Source: Eledone cirrhosa (lineage: Eukaryota). Taken from it: a stretch of DNA of 64,000 nucleotides. The DNA is taken from NCBI GenBank assembly GCA_964016885.1, contig OZ024741.1, positions 161,944,001 to 162,008,000 of the forward strand. Direction: 5' to 3'. The notes beneath the pieces are model-generated. The model saw only the letters and a program-made list of their open reading frames with translations. It ran no database searches and was not told the DNA's origin. The position numbers and the translations under genes are program-made. Below, one piece after another: positions 50,710-63,878 of the stretch (positions within the stretch are counted from its first letter, which is position 1; every line of letters begins with the position of its first letter).

Positions 50710-50883
50710 ACTATTAATACTCTGCCTCTGCTCTGCACCTGGCATACCGCCTACGGACACAATTATCTTGCACCTCTACACCTGTGTGTATATATATAAC
50801 CCATGCTAGCGTGGAAGATGGACGTTAGACGATGATGATGATGATATATATATATATATATATATCAAGGAAACAACACATCA

Positions 50884-51155
50884 ATTCTCAGACCGGGTGA
50901 TGTGTTGTTTCCTTGAGCAAGACACTTTATTTCACATTGCTCCAGTTTACTCAGCTGTAGAAATGAGATGATAGGGACTGTGGTCCATATCATTCCACTG
51001 CAAAGTGGTCGTGGAGGTGCCACGGCATAAAAGCACTCACTGTAAATGAGGTTGGTGTTAGGAAGGGCATCCAGCTGTAGAAATCAAGCCAGAATCAGTT
51101 CCCGTCCCACCCTTGCAAGCAGGGAAAAGTGGACGTAAAATGATGATGATGATGA
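50884..51155 (+). mobile_element. SINE family A, 5'-truncated with a fold-back junction
   Basis: Matches 29368-29693; 50865-50883 is the reverse complement of 50898-50916. Confidence 0.93.
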
Positions 51156-51399
51156 TATATATATATATAGCATACTAATCCTGGACTCCAAAAATTAAAT
51201 ATGTTCAATTCTAATGTTGTCATTATTGATGCCACTTGTCCACCATGTATGTATGTGAAAGCTGCTGCACAATGGTGATAAGTATGTACATATAGATATG
51301 TGGATGTGTAGTTTAGAGTGTGTGTGTGTGTATGTGCAAGTTTTTCTTTTCCAGAATATCTTAACACTCACTTCTCTTCCTTTTCCTCCTCCCTGGAGG

Positions 51400-52090
51400 A
51401 GGAGGAGGAGGGGCATTAGGGGAAGTAGTCCTCCGGCAAGCCTTCCAGCAGTTTCAGTCAGAGACAACCATCTCCAATTGATCTGGCTGGATCCACAAGT
51501 GAGACCAGCCGAGTTCATGGATGTTAGTCAATCATCTTGCTTGGGGTCTACCATTCATCACTCATTACACAATCCTGAGATACTTGAACTTCCCCATCTG
51601 CGTCAGTGGGACTCCACTTGTAGAGTGCACTATGCAGGCTTCCTTGAAAGGATGATTATCTCATCCTTGCAGCAAACTTATCAATTTTATGTTAATTATA
51701 TCACTTAGTTAATTAGTACCATGTCATCCACAAATTCCAGCCGACTATACTACAGCCACTTGATACCACTTTCAACCTGGCTGCACATGTCAATCCTGAC
51801 ATAAAGATTATGAATAGGAGAGGTGACAGTACACACCCTGTGGGGTCTGACTCCCACACTGAATGGTTTTGACTTAGCACCATCTATCCGAACACAAATA
51901 TTAGGGCATTTTTATAGACAGTAGGGCAACAAGAAGCCATTCTTCAATTCCATACTCCTACAGAACCTTCTACAACAGGTCCCGTGGAATGTGGTTATAT
52001 GCCTTTTCTATTTCTATGAAATACGAATACACCTCTTGACAATACTCCCATGATTTTTCAAAGACCTGCTGCAGTGTGAACCTCAGACGC
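51400..52090 (-). mobile_element. Expander/Rex3-like RTE, RT fragment joined to its 3' end
   Basis: FTLQQVFEKSWEY..EKAYNHIPR..SPIHNL-like RT motifs; 3' end matches 55800-55940. Confidence 0.75.
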
Positions 52091-52699
52091 GTTCCTGATA
52101 GTAGGCATGAAAGACGACGACTTATTATGCTGCCAGGACACTTTATTTACTGATCTGAAGTTGGATTCCAGCTTAACCCCAAAGTCCTCCTATGTCTTAA
52201 CTTTGGATTGCCTTTACTGTCTCTTTTGTGATTTTTCGCACCATTATATTTGCTATATATACAGTGTCATTTAAAAAATATTTCTAGTTGCATTATCAGC
52301 AGCAGTGTGTGAAATTCAGAGTAGCCACAGAGAGTAATATCAGGAATATAATATATAATATTTTCTACATTGGTATTGAGTATTGTTTCCTTGTGTTTAT
52401 GAACTCAAATGTATGAGTATGTATGTGGATATATATATATATATGTATATATCATCATCATCATCATCATCATTTTTATGTCTACTTTTCCATGCTGGTA
52501 TGGGTTGAACACTACGTTTTGAGACACTCTTTTACAACTGGATGCCCTTCCTGGTTGGTACTGATTCTTTTAGTCACCTCTTACAACACAGGAATATAGA
52601 GAATCTATTCTAAAAACTAGGATAAACATGGCATATTTTGATATATATTATGCTGTAGTAAAAAATATAGTAAAAGCTTCTAATTCAATTTTCATAAAT

Positions 52700-52890
52700 A
52701 TATTGGTGTCACGACAAAAAGCACCCAGTCCATGCTGTAAAGTGGTTATGTTGGTGACATGACAAAAGCACCCAGTCCATGCTGTAAAGTGGTCATGTTC
52801 GTGACATGACAAAAAGCACCAAGTCTTGTCCTGATGACATAACAAAAAGTGCCCCGTCCATGCTGTATAGTAGTTGTATTGGTGACACAT
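52700..52890 (+). repeat. About 47-bp tandem repeats of the RTE 3'UTR subrepeat
   Basis: gacaaaaagcacccagtccatgctgtaaagtggt repeated about 4 times with decay. Confidence 0.75.
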
Positions 52891-53678
52891 ACAGTCTGAA
52901 TCACACTTTCACCTACACATACATGTCAATAATTTCATTTAAAAAATTTTATAACTCACATTTTGTGAACAAATGCATCATCAGATATAGGATTCCAAAG
53001 GCCAATTACTATTTCCCTGTTTTTCTGATGGCAAGAATGGTGAGAAAATGGTGTGTTTGTATAACTCAGGTAGAATAAGTACCACAGCTTTTTTTTTTGT
53101 TGGAAAGCAGCAGTTCGTGAGTTTTCATACAGTAGAGATGGGACAAAATGTCATTGGTAGACAAGTCAGTGAATTGTCAAGTCCCAGAGCCCATCATAAA
53201 ATAGATGTACATACACTGCTCATTAGCTATACCCTTAAACTTCCAGGAACAAGCAGATATATGTATGTACAACTCTAGATACATTCCTTATGTGGTTCCA
53301 CCTCACAGATGGTCTCTAGAGTATTTTAACTTTTAACATCCTGTGATGATTTAGCAGAAAATATCTAAAAACAGGTTTGTTAAATCAAATGTTTATAGAT
53401 TCTTTATTGGTGGACAGATTATGAAAATTTGCAACACTTGACTAAAGTAAAGACTTCAATTTTTAATGTGATGCAGTCATATTGTTGTTTTGTACTTTTC
53501 AAGTATGTCATACAAATGTGGTTTTATGTAGTTCAGGACATTAAGCATTGATGATAGAGGCTCCTCCAATTCTATCAGGTGGGAGGTAGCAGGATTTGAA
53601 CTCATACTGCACAGTGTTGGAATGAATACTGTAAAATATCTTATCAAGCATGCTGACATTTTTCCACTTTATGAACTA

Positions 53679-54252
53679 CTAGCAGTGGTACCCGGCGTTG
53701 CACAGGATAAGGTATTGTGAAATATATAACCGCCTTAGTAAGCTTAGTATTGCCACAACCACGGCTGGCAAAGAAGTAAGGGTCTGGTGGTACGTAAGTA
53801 AGCAACACTGTGGCTTAAAACGCAAGGAAGAAGTTGTGCACTTACCAACTGTTTGGGGAATGAGTGTGAGATTTGTCTTGAGCAAGGGTGGCAGAATAAC
53901 CGGAGGTAGCAGACAGCCAGACATACAGACAGATATTATAAGGGCGCATTCTGGATGCAGAGCGAATTGTAGGAAGTGACGTAATGCAGACAGATATTAT
54001 AAGGGCGCGATGTTATATGTATGTATCTATCTAAAAAGAGAAAGACTAAGAATTATAGAGAGAGATCGCTAAATCGCCTAATGCGCTCCCTAGGGCATTG
54101 AAAATTTGAAATATTTATTGCTCAGAACACTCCCTGAAACATAAGTATTACATGTGTAAAGTTTGAAAACAGTCGGTTGGGTGGTTCTCTAGTTTTAGGG
54201 ATTCAAACTCATACACACACACAGACAGACATCCTCAGTTTTATATATATAC
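53679..54252 (-). mobile_element. Non-autonomous Helitron (about 570 bp)
   Basis: CTAG end with hairpin cccggcgttgcacagg; other end catcctcagttttatatatata; internal 22-bp duplication cagacagatattataagggcgc. Confidence 0.8.
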
Positions 54253-55469
54253 ATAACAGAATTTGAACTTTGGATGTACCTAAATACTGCAGGACATTAT
54301 TTCCACCTGCCTTCCAGTTCTTCCATTCATTACCTTAATAATAATTTTTATTTTATTACATGTATGTGTGTGTGTGTGTGATAAAAGAAAAAAAAACTCT
54401 ATAAAAATTTGATCATCATACTTCTCATGTCTCATTTGTATGTTTTTCAAAATTCATTCCATTTAGTGATAATGCTTTTCCATTTTTGCTAACGAAGGAA
54501 AAAAAAACTATATAAACCATTCAATTTGCTATTTATACATCTCTGCTTTGTATCCACCAAGGATAGCTGCATGAAATTATAGTATAGATTTAATGGCCTG
54601 GTTGCCTATACAAGTACATTTACTTATAACAGACTTTAGTCACTTCCTTGCTAAAATGTACTACTATTATTACCACTATTGCTACTGCTGAGCAGTTCAG
54701 TGTTTTTGCATACATCCATAAAAATACCTATACAATATATAAATCCTATAAATCTGTCAAGTTTTCCAAATATAAAATAAAAAAAAGGTTTCAAATGCTG
54801 CCATTCCCATGTGACTACATGTATTTGTATCTATTTTAGCAAGGTGGGGAATTGGCAAAGTTGTTAGAACGTCAGATAGAATGCTTTCTGATTCTCATTC
54901 TAGCCCTCCATGTTATGAATTCAAATCCAACCAAGATCAGCTTTACCTTTCATCCCTCTGAGATCAATAAAAGAAATACCAGTCTGTTACTGGGATTGAT
55001 TCTTCCTCTGTATCTCTTTCTCACCATCTTACCTTCTCTGGACAAAATCAGCTGTGTTCAGACTTGAAGAGAGGATGGGCTCTGCCAGATTTGAAATGCC
55101 CAAGACATGCCATGCCGTATGTCACTATAGCATCCTTATAATTCCATCGAACATTATGGGTCCATACATACATCTATTTTATTACAGGCATACACTTAGA
55201 ATGAGTATATTATTCTATATATTGTATATGTATTTACTTAAAAACACTTCTCTGATTTACTACTTGTAAAAAGACTTCAGTTTTCTCTTTCTCCACTCAA
55301 CACTTTTTATTTTTCCTATTTGTTTGGCTTCATAGAGCATCATATGTCATGTTTTCAAATCCCATCATAGATACTTTGACAGTTAGTTACATATAAAGTG
55401 CCACATCAACTAAAACCTCACTAGATCCAATTACAAACTTTAAAATATTGAGTGCAGTAAGGCATCAGC

Positions 55470-55960
55470 TTCAGTATTCAGTAATGAGAAGGGAGGTAGA
55501 CATAAAAGCCAAACTGGCCATCTTCAATTTTGTATTTGTGCCAACTCTTATGAATTTTTGGTAATGATGAAAAGAATAAGATCATAAATACAAGCAGCCT
55601 CTGAAGGCTCTTTCGAGTAATATTACTCGATAGAGTACGTAGCTCGGAGATCAGAGAGTCACTCCAGGTAGAGCTGCTGCTTCTCCAAATTGAGAGATCA
55701 TGGCTCTGATACTATAGACATGTGGTTAGAATGTCTCGGGGGAAAGAATCACTGGACAGATTTTACGGGCAAAACCAACTGGCAGAAGACCCAGAGGTAG
55801 ACCCCGAGCAAGATGGTTGAATAACATCCATGAGCTTGGCCTGGTCTTGCTTGGGGATCCAGCCAGATCAGTTGGAGACAATTTTTTCTGACAGGACCTA
55901 CTGGAAGGAGGGTTTGAGGACTCTGCTCCTAAACCCCCGCTGGAATAGTGAGCGAAGAAG
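55470..55960 (+). mobile_element. Expander/Rex3-like RTE 3' fragment
   Basis: KAKLAIF..VPTL, DRVRSSEIRESLQVE..IERS and KPTGRRPRGRPRARW. Confidence 0.85.
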
Positions 55961-56348
55961 GTTTTCACTCTACTCATAGTCATGTATGCTGAGGCTTCAC
56001 TTACCTTTGTGTATAGATTATCACCGCACAAGCATACACACATACTTGACATTATATATGGGATTATGTGAGGGTATGTGATTTAGTGGTTAGGGTGTTA
56101 GACTGACTATCATAAGGTCATGTGTTTATTTCCTGGACTTAGTGGCATGTTGTGTTCTTGAGGATGTCACTTCATTTCCCATTGATTTTCATGATGAGAC
56201 TGTGCCCCTATTATTAAAACACCCAAACCATTCCTATGAGATGGAACCTTGTAGAAGGCCAGCTAAACCTGCATATAGGTCTGGTATGTCAATTTTTTTT
56301 TTTAATGTATAAAGTGTGCATATATCCACATGCATAGTTTTAATATTA

Positions 56349-57110
56349 CCATATATACTTGAATATAAGCCGAGAAATTTGACAAAAAGAAAAATCGATG
56401 TAAAATGGGGGTTCAGTTTATATTTGAGTTCAATATTTTACCAATTTTCACCAACTTCAAATTCTACATAAATAAGATACTATAATGTCTGGAGTGGTTA
56501 TTTTACAATGAAACACTGTTTTTCTAAATTTGCATCATCATTGGTGTTATTTATGCATTTCCTTGAAAATATTTCCAACAAATTTTTATAATTTGAATTT
56601 TTTAATATATAAATATCCCATACACATACACACATGTGCAGACACATGTTTTCTCTGACTTAACACTTTTTCTTTCAATCTTACATAAGATTGAAATCTT
56701 ACTTCTGATTTTTATTTTATTGCTCTCACTCTCTCTCCCTTTCTCTCTTCCTCTCTTTGTCTCACTCGACCTCTCCTCTCTCCCACTTGCTGTCTCCTTC
56801 CCTCTTCTTCTTTATACACAGTTCTCTTATTCGATCTTTTGTTTTCACAGTATTCATATCATGTGAGTGGCCGGAAGTAAAATAAATTTGAAAAACTTGT
56901 TGACACTTAACTATAGAAACTCATTATGTAATGGGATTGCGGAACAAAAACTATATTCTGAACGACACTTAAAACATTTTAAGCGTCAAAATAAAACTTC
57001 ATAAAATATATTTTATACTCATGAAAATATCAAAACCAAGCCATCTAAACATAATGTTTGGATTTTTGCCCATTTCTCAGACATATTGGCTTATATTCGT
57101 TTATGTATAC
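56349..57110. mobile_element. Non-autonomous pogo/Tc2-like DNA element
   Basis: TA-ccatatatacttgaatataagcc at the left end and ggcttatattcgtttatgtatac at the right end (degenerate inverted termini). Confidence 0.55.
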
Positions 57111-60100
57111 CAATTTCTTTTCACTTCCTGACCCCTCTAAAACATCTTGTAAGCTTTTCAGCATTCTGTATATACCTTCCAAGACCTTTTGTCCTACGTA
57201 ATATTTTCTAACAGCTCTTTTAGTACTTCAGATAGTGTTTTCTTTGTTCAAGATAGGTGAGTTTGTTTTGCTTCTGTTAATGTTGTTGTTGTCAGATCAA
57301 TTCTAAGAACTACTGAAAAGGTACCTTTGTTGGTTTGGTCATGCACTCACTACCCATAAGGTGAATGTATCTATGATGTAATCCTGTCATAACCCCTCCC
57401 TCTCTCGGGATGAGGTAAGCTGAAAACACAGATTGACATGATCAAGTTAGATCTTCAACTATTATCTGGTCCTTCCATATATAGTGTCTGCCATTGGAAT
57501 CATAACTGGCTGATAATATCTGTGTCTGATATCTGTAATCACTGTTCATGGTTGACTTCTGTTTGTGATGTTATGGATACACTGGCTGGACCTGGCTCAA
57601 TCCACCATTGGTGAATAACATGAGTACAAGTACAAAATATTGTAGTTAGAAATGTTGAGGCAGGGCTACTGACCCTATGCGTTAGTCCAACCTGAAGAAT
57701 CAGGTCTGTGTTTAGGAATCATCTGCCGTATCATACCCACATACAAAAATCAGGTGCCATATTTTTGTATTGCAACTATATTAGACATATATAAAACAGA
57801 GCAAATAAAGGAAAGAGAAGAAACTGAATTGAAAAAAAATGTCATTTGTAGTTATTTTATAAAAGTTTAGAGATGGAAGTCTGGAGCTGTTTTAAATCAG
57901 AAAATAGTTTATTGACCCAGTACTTGACTGTTACATTTATTTTATCAATATTAGTAAGATGAGCAAAGTTGCATGATTCCCATCAGTGTGTTGTATCCTT
58001 GAGCAAGACCTTTTATTTCATGCCTCTCCAGTCCCCTCAGCCAGCAGAAATGAGATGTACATATAAATTCAAAGAGCCAGCATTCTCACATTCTGTATCA
58101 TGTGGAATCTCCCTGAGAGCTACATTAAGGATACATGTGTCTGTGCAATGTTCAACTACTTTCATGGAATACTCATCATTGGAACTGATGGAGGTCCAAC
58201 ACAGTAGAATGAAAGAAAGAAGAAAAACCAAGTTCAACCATGAACGTCATTAGTTTACTTACTTCTCTACTGTTTTTTGCTAGAGTCTTTGCCTTCACAT
58301 ATCCTGAAACATGTATTTAATTGCTTTTGTTTAACCCCAGATTAAATTTATGATCAAAAGTATTCTTGGCATAACAATACAATCATTTTGTATATCAGAG
58401 ACTACATTATCTGGAATATCACTTTTTATTTGATACATTTATGTAAAGTGTGATTTGAATGAGATTTGGCTGCTTTTTCTAGCCTGTTATGTTTGTTATT
58501 ATCATTGTTACAACTCAAACTTGCACAGGTTTAGCCTGTCTTCTTTGAGGTTGTTATGTTTCATAGAAGGTTACTTGAGCTGTTTTAATGATAGAAACCC
58601 CAGTTCTCTCATGTTATAATTTTTCTGTCAGCAGAAGGCTGTGTTTGAACCCAGAATGCAGAGCAGGAGCAGATACCACAAAGCATCTTGTCCTACACTC
58701 TGACAATTTCATTAACCCATTAACCTCGACTGGTACTTTATCAGCACCTAAAGGATAAAAGGCAAAGTTGATCTCAGTGGGATTTGAATTCAGAGGGCAG
58801 AGCCAGAATCAATATTGTCAGGGTATTTAATCCAATGCTCTAACAACTCTGTCAATTTGCTACTATAGTTATTGTGAAGACCAGATGTGACTGAAGCCTG
58901 CATTCCAACCCTTCCCCACAGCAAAGATGTGGAGAGGGTTTCCCAGTATAATTATCAATTAATGTTATTGACCCTCCAATATTATGTTTCAGTCTGGTTT
59001 GTAATCTTGGTAATTCTATATCAAGTTACATTCGTATTCGCAGCTCAGTAGTTTTTTTATTTTGCCTTTGTGTATGGTGGGGGGTGTCATTTTCACTATT
59101 ATTATTTCAACTCTGAATTATTTCTGTTGTTATGGCTTCTTTGACTGTAAGCAAAGAAGAATTTTAGTTATATACAACAATGCTGTCAAATGAACCAATG
59201 AAGAAACATGGTTATATGACCTGATAAACAAAAAGGCAAGATTTTTATGGTTAGAATACCTATGATTATGGGTTTGCTTGGGACTAAACAACAATGCTAC
59301 TAGTTAATAAAAATGGACTTAGATTTGTGTGTGTGTGTGTTCATCTGAGTTTGATTCAATTTGTCATTATTTATTTTTGTATGTATGTTTTTATAAGCAT
59401 AACGAGATTAATTGTTGCCAAATTATATTAATAATTGCTGTTGCAATTAATAAAACATTAACTGGTATTTAATTTTATTATCCTTGGCATGATTTGAATT
59501 TGGAATATGAAGTGGCTTAACTAAATACTACAAGATGTTTAATCTATTACTTTACTGGTTGTTCTAATTCACCCACCAACACAATAGGACATATATAATA
59601 GTCGTGAATACATTGATAATACAATAATATAACTATGATGAATCACATACAGATGTCTATAGACAGAATATTTTCATCAATAGCTGAAATCAGTGCAGCA
59701 GTTGTGTGGCAGCCCTGACTATTATCATTCAAGTTTGAATGGATCTATTAGAGAGCAATTGGCAGAATTAGAATGTTGGATAAAATACTTTGCAGTATTT
59801 GTCCCAGCTCTGTGCTCAAATCCTGCCATGGTCAACTTTGCCTTTCATCTTTTCATGGTCTATAAATAAAGTACCAGTCAAATACTGGGGTCGATTCTTC
59901 CTTAATATCTCTCTCTCATTTCTATTCTATCAGCCCCTCTCCTTCTCTGGAAGAAATCAATTGCATTCAAACCTGGAGAGGATATGGGTTCTGCCAGGAT
60001 TAAAGTGCCTAAGAAAAGCTGTATTTCATCATGGTACCACTATGACTCCACCAGAGATTATGGATTTATACATACATACATTAAATAACAATGGTTAATA

Positions 60101-60499
60101 CTAATAACATATTCAGTGCACAGAGCATTAAAAAGCTAAGCAGACAAGCAATGTGAACAATCAGCATTGATCTGAACATTCCATCCATGGCCTACTTTAC
60201 TGAGTAGACATCTTACTGTGATGATTACTGTAAGAACTGTAGGGGAAATAGTCATATAATGATTACATTTATATGGGGTTCATTAGTATCACCATAGCTG
60301 TTCTGCTAGGGTTCAGCTTCCACTGTCTAAAAAGATTGTTCCATATGGCATATACAAGATTACCTGGTTAAGTGTGAAAGTATGATGCTATAACCATTCA
60401 TACTGTTTGCCTAATATTCTAGTATATACCAAAGTGTGTATGTCTGTGGCTGGAGACATGTACTGCTGTGGATCACATTATATGAAAGTGTGTATGTCT

Positions 60500-61060
60500 G
60501 TGAAAATCGTATCTCCAATGAAGCTATCATCATGAATTCATAAAACATAGCAGAATGACAATGAGTTTGTTCTCCCAGTGGAGCAAGTGATAAATGTGAA
60601 AACTTGATTAGCCACTGAATGCCTCGGTGTCTAACATCTGGCCCTCTAAAACTCTAAAAGAATCTCATTGGTGAGATCTTGTAAGAGCTTAATTCAAGTT
60701 TCTTGACATCCATCATTGCCACTGTCAAGGTAAATATGAGATAGAGGTCTACATTAACCATGCATGTGCTGCATTCTCTTATCTTCGAAGCCAGCTGAAG
60801 TCAAGGTCAAATATCCATCTAGCTACACAATTTCACATCTATTGAACGTTTTTGTGCACTATCCCTCTATATGGCTGTAAGATACAGACTGTAAGAATGA
60901 TGGACTTACACAAGTTGGAATTATTTGACCATTTGTGGTGTGACTGAATTTTCCAAGTTTGCTCCTTTGATTTTGTGTCAAAGTCCAACATTCATTTTTA
61001 CTGCCAGATTGATCCCTTTCAACAAGTGCAGATGCAGGTAATAGGTGTAAATGGATGAAA
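60500..61060 (-). mobile_element. Highly decayed LINE endonuclease-like fragment
   Basis: Only weak APE-like spacing (..LGKFS..TNG..); uncertain. Confidence 0.3.
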
Positions 61061-61327
61061 CTTGTCATTGAGCCCTACAAGGTTAACTCCTGCTTTATTC
61101 GGGAAGATGGCCTTAAAATGCTTGTTGTTGTTGTATATGTACACACATAGGTATATATACACATATACACAGAGAGAATGTAGGTTTTGTATTTTTTTTT
61201 TTTCACTTCCAAATAGACTATCTTTCTGTTTTGAATTTATTGATCTTTGCTATAGAATTTGATGTTATTGTTGATGTTTTCAGATGAATCAATAATGGGA
61301 ATAGTAAGGTGGTGGTATGTGTGTGTG

Positions 61328-61366
<39 letters not shown>

Positions 61367-62614
61367 TGTGAATAACAGTAAATATAACATATTCTCATTG
61401 CATATTATGATAATAGGAAATTTCTGTGTATACTTATATAAGTATAATAATTATGTTTCTTTGGTAAAAAAAAAAAGAAGAAAAAAGATTGACTTTGCAT
61501 ATATTTCCATCACTTTCCTTCCATTATGTTAACTTTTGATTAATCTGCACCCACCTTCCTCTATGTACATTTCTCTGCAAATCCATAAATTTATTCATGA
61601 ATTTTCATGTACATAGCTACACACTTTTTACCTCTTCCCATCTCATTTCAATCTATTCTTTTTCTACTCCATTTTCCTGTCCATGTAGGTTCTCCTTTTC
61701 TTTTTCCTTTACCAATTTTAATATTTTAAATATTTCCAGGTCAACAATGACATCTATAATCAATTTAGTTTAGCCAACATTTCCTTTTGTCATATATATA
61801 TGTGTATATATGTGTGTGTGTGTGTGTGTGTGTTCTATGTATTAAGTTTTCTTCCTCTTGTTTGTACATCTAAACATGTGATTAAGAAGCTCGTTTTGCA
61901 ATCATGTGGTTCTGTGTTCAATACCATGGCTTGTTATCTCAGGCAAGTGTCTTTTACTGTAACCTCAGGCTGAACTAAGCCTTGTGAATGAAATAGGGCA
62001 CCCAGTTGATTGAACAAATGAATGCTCATTGTCAAAACCAAAGAAAAATCCATCATATTTATAATGTAAAATAGCTCCTTTCAGTGAGTCTCGGGTCAGA
62101 GTAAACATTTCGTTTTTAGAGTAAGGTTTTGAGGGACAGTGAGAAAGGTTTCACTGACAGATATTTGATACCATGTCTGAAGATACAATGTCTTAAAGAA
62201 CTTTGATATGAGATACTACTCTTGCACAGACACAGCCATCACTTAACTTACCTAACCAAAGAATGACAGAGGAGGGAAGGGGACTTGATACAATGATAAT
62301 GTTACTTGGCTGGTAATAATGATAACAATATTTCTCAAGTGTATTAAATTTTCCTTTCTAACTCAACTGGGATAGTAACTGACTTGAATAACTGATCTTG
62401 CTAACCTGGCTCCTCACTTAGCTTCAATCAATCCACCCCTCTGCCGTTACTGGGTTGCTGCCATTCACTCAACTTACAAAATCACAGCAAAATTTTGGTG
62501 AGAAAGATTATGTATATTTCATGCTTTTCTTTTCATTACTTTTTATATTCCACCTCATCTTTCTCTAATCTGAGGTCTAACTCTCTCTGATCCTGAATCT
62601 TACACACACACATA

Positions 62615-62635
62615 CTCCCTCCTCTCTCTCTCCCT

Positions 62636-62666
<31 letters not shown>

Positions 62667-62775
62667 CTCTCTCTCTCATCTCTCTCTCTCCCTTCTCTCT
62701 CTCTCATCTCTCTCTCTCCTCTCTCTCTCTCATCTCTCTCTCTCCTCTCTCTCCCCCTCTCTCTCTTCTTCTTCT
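62615..62775. repeat. (CT)n compound microsatellite with cat interruptions
   Basis: Direct reading. Confidence 0.95.
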
Positions 62776-62822
62776 CACTCCTGTAGCTACCAGCCCCATT
62801 CTTTATAAGTCAAATGTTGCAT

Positions 62823-63032
62823 TTAACCTTTAGCATTTACATTACTCTATATTTACTATTGTATTTTCATGGTAAAGACCTTACATAATATCGAATCTAT
62901 GAGATTTTGATATTATTTATTTTGAAAACAATACCCTAACATAATTATGAGTGGCCGATTACGGCTGGTTTGAACAGAAAAAGGTCAGAGAATTCTGGCT
63001 GGATACGGCCAGATTAAATGCTAAAGGGTTAA
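62823..63032 (+). mobile_element. piggyBac-type MITE
   Basis: TTAA-cctttagcattta ... taaatgctaaaggg-TTAA. Confidence 0.88.
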
Positions 63033-63878
63033 ACATTATCTCTGGTACTTTATTTTATCGATCCAAGGAGGATGAAAGGCTCAACTAATCTAAAACTACA
63101 TACACTATAACTAGTCTGGCTATCTTGGTTACCAACTTAAATGAATAATAAACTACATACAGAATGTTTTGTCTATCAATGCCTGTCTGTATGAATATGT
63201 CTACTTTTGTGTGTAACCATATCTACCTGACTGTGTATATGTGTGTATCTGTGATTGCATCTAACTGTCCCCCCCTCCCTCTCTCTCTCTGCAAGCCAAT
63301 GCCTGTAGTATGTGTATGCATGTGAATGTTAATATCTTCCTAGCAGTCTATGTGCACACACACTACTGACTATCAGTTTCTATAAAGCTGTCTCCTCTCT
63401 TTGAATATTTCTGTAAATTAAATTGTTGTGTGAAATTTAATTAATAGGAGCTCATATTTAGAATGGATAATTATTCAAATAAGTATATTAAAAAAAACTT
63501 TATTAATGCACACTCTCACTCCCACAGCCACATTATGTGCATATAGATAGACGTATGTGTATAACCTAAATATTTACTTCATTCTAAGAAAAGTACACAG
63601 AAGACAAAGAAAGGTGTATGTTGTAATGTTTGGTGTAGAGGACAGACTAAGGAAGCTACCTATGTTTATTTTCTATTTTTGTATAGGTTATACCAGAGGT
63701 TCAAAAAACCTTTTGGGTCACTGCCCCCCACCCCCATCCACCCTCTCACAGCTATGTAATACCCTCACCCATCCACCCCTATTTCCCGAGAGACCTACCT
63801 ATATGCAAATATTACTTACTTTCATGCATAGGAACTTATGTTAATCAAGGTAATAGATCTAAAACTAATTATATTAAT

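Noticed and set aside
61284-61303. Possible 20-bp exon (gttttcag...|gtaagg)
   Set aside because: Too short and weak to distinguish from chance.
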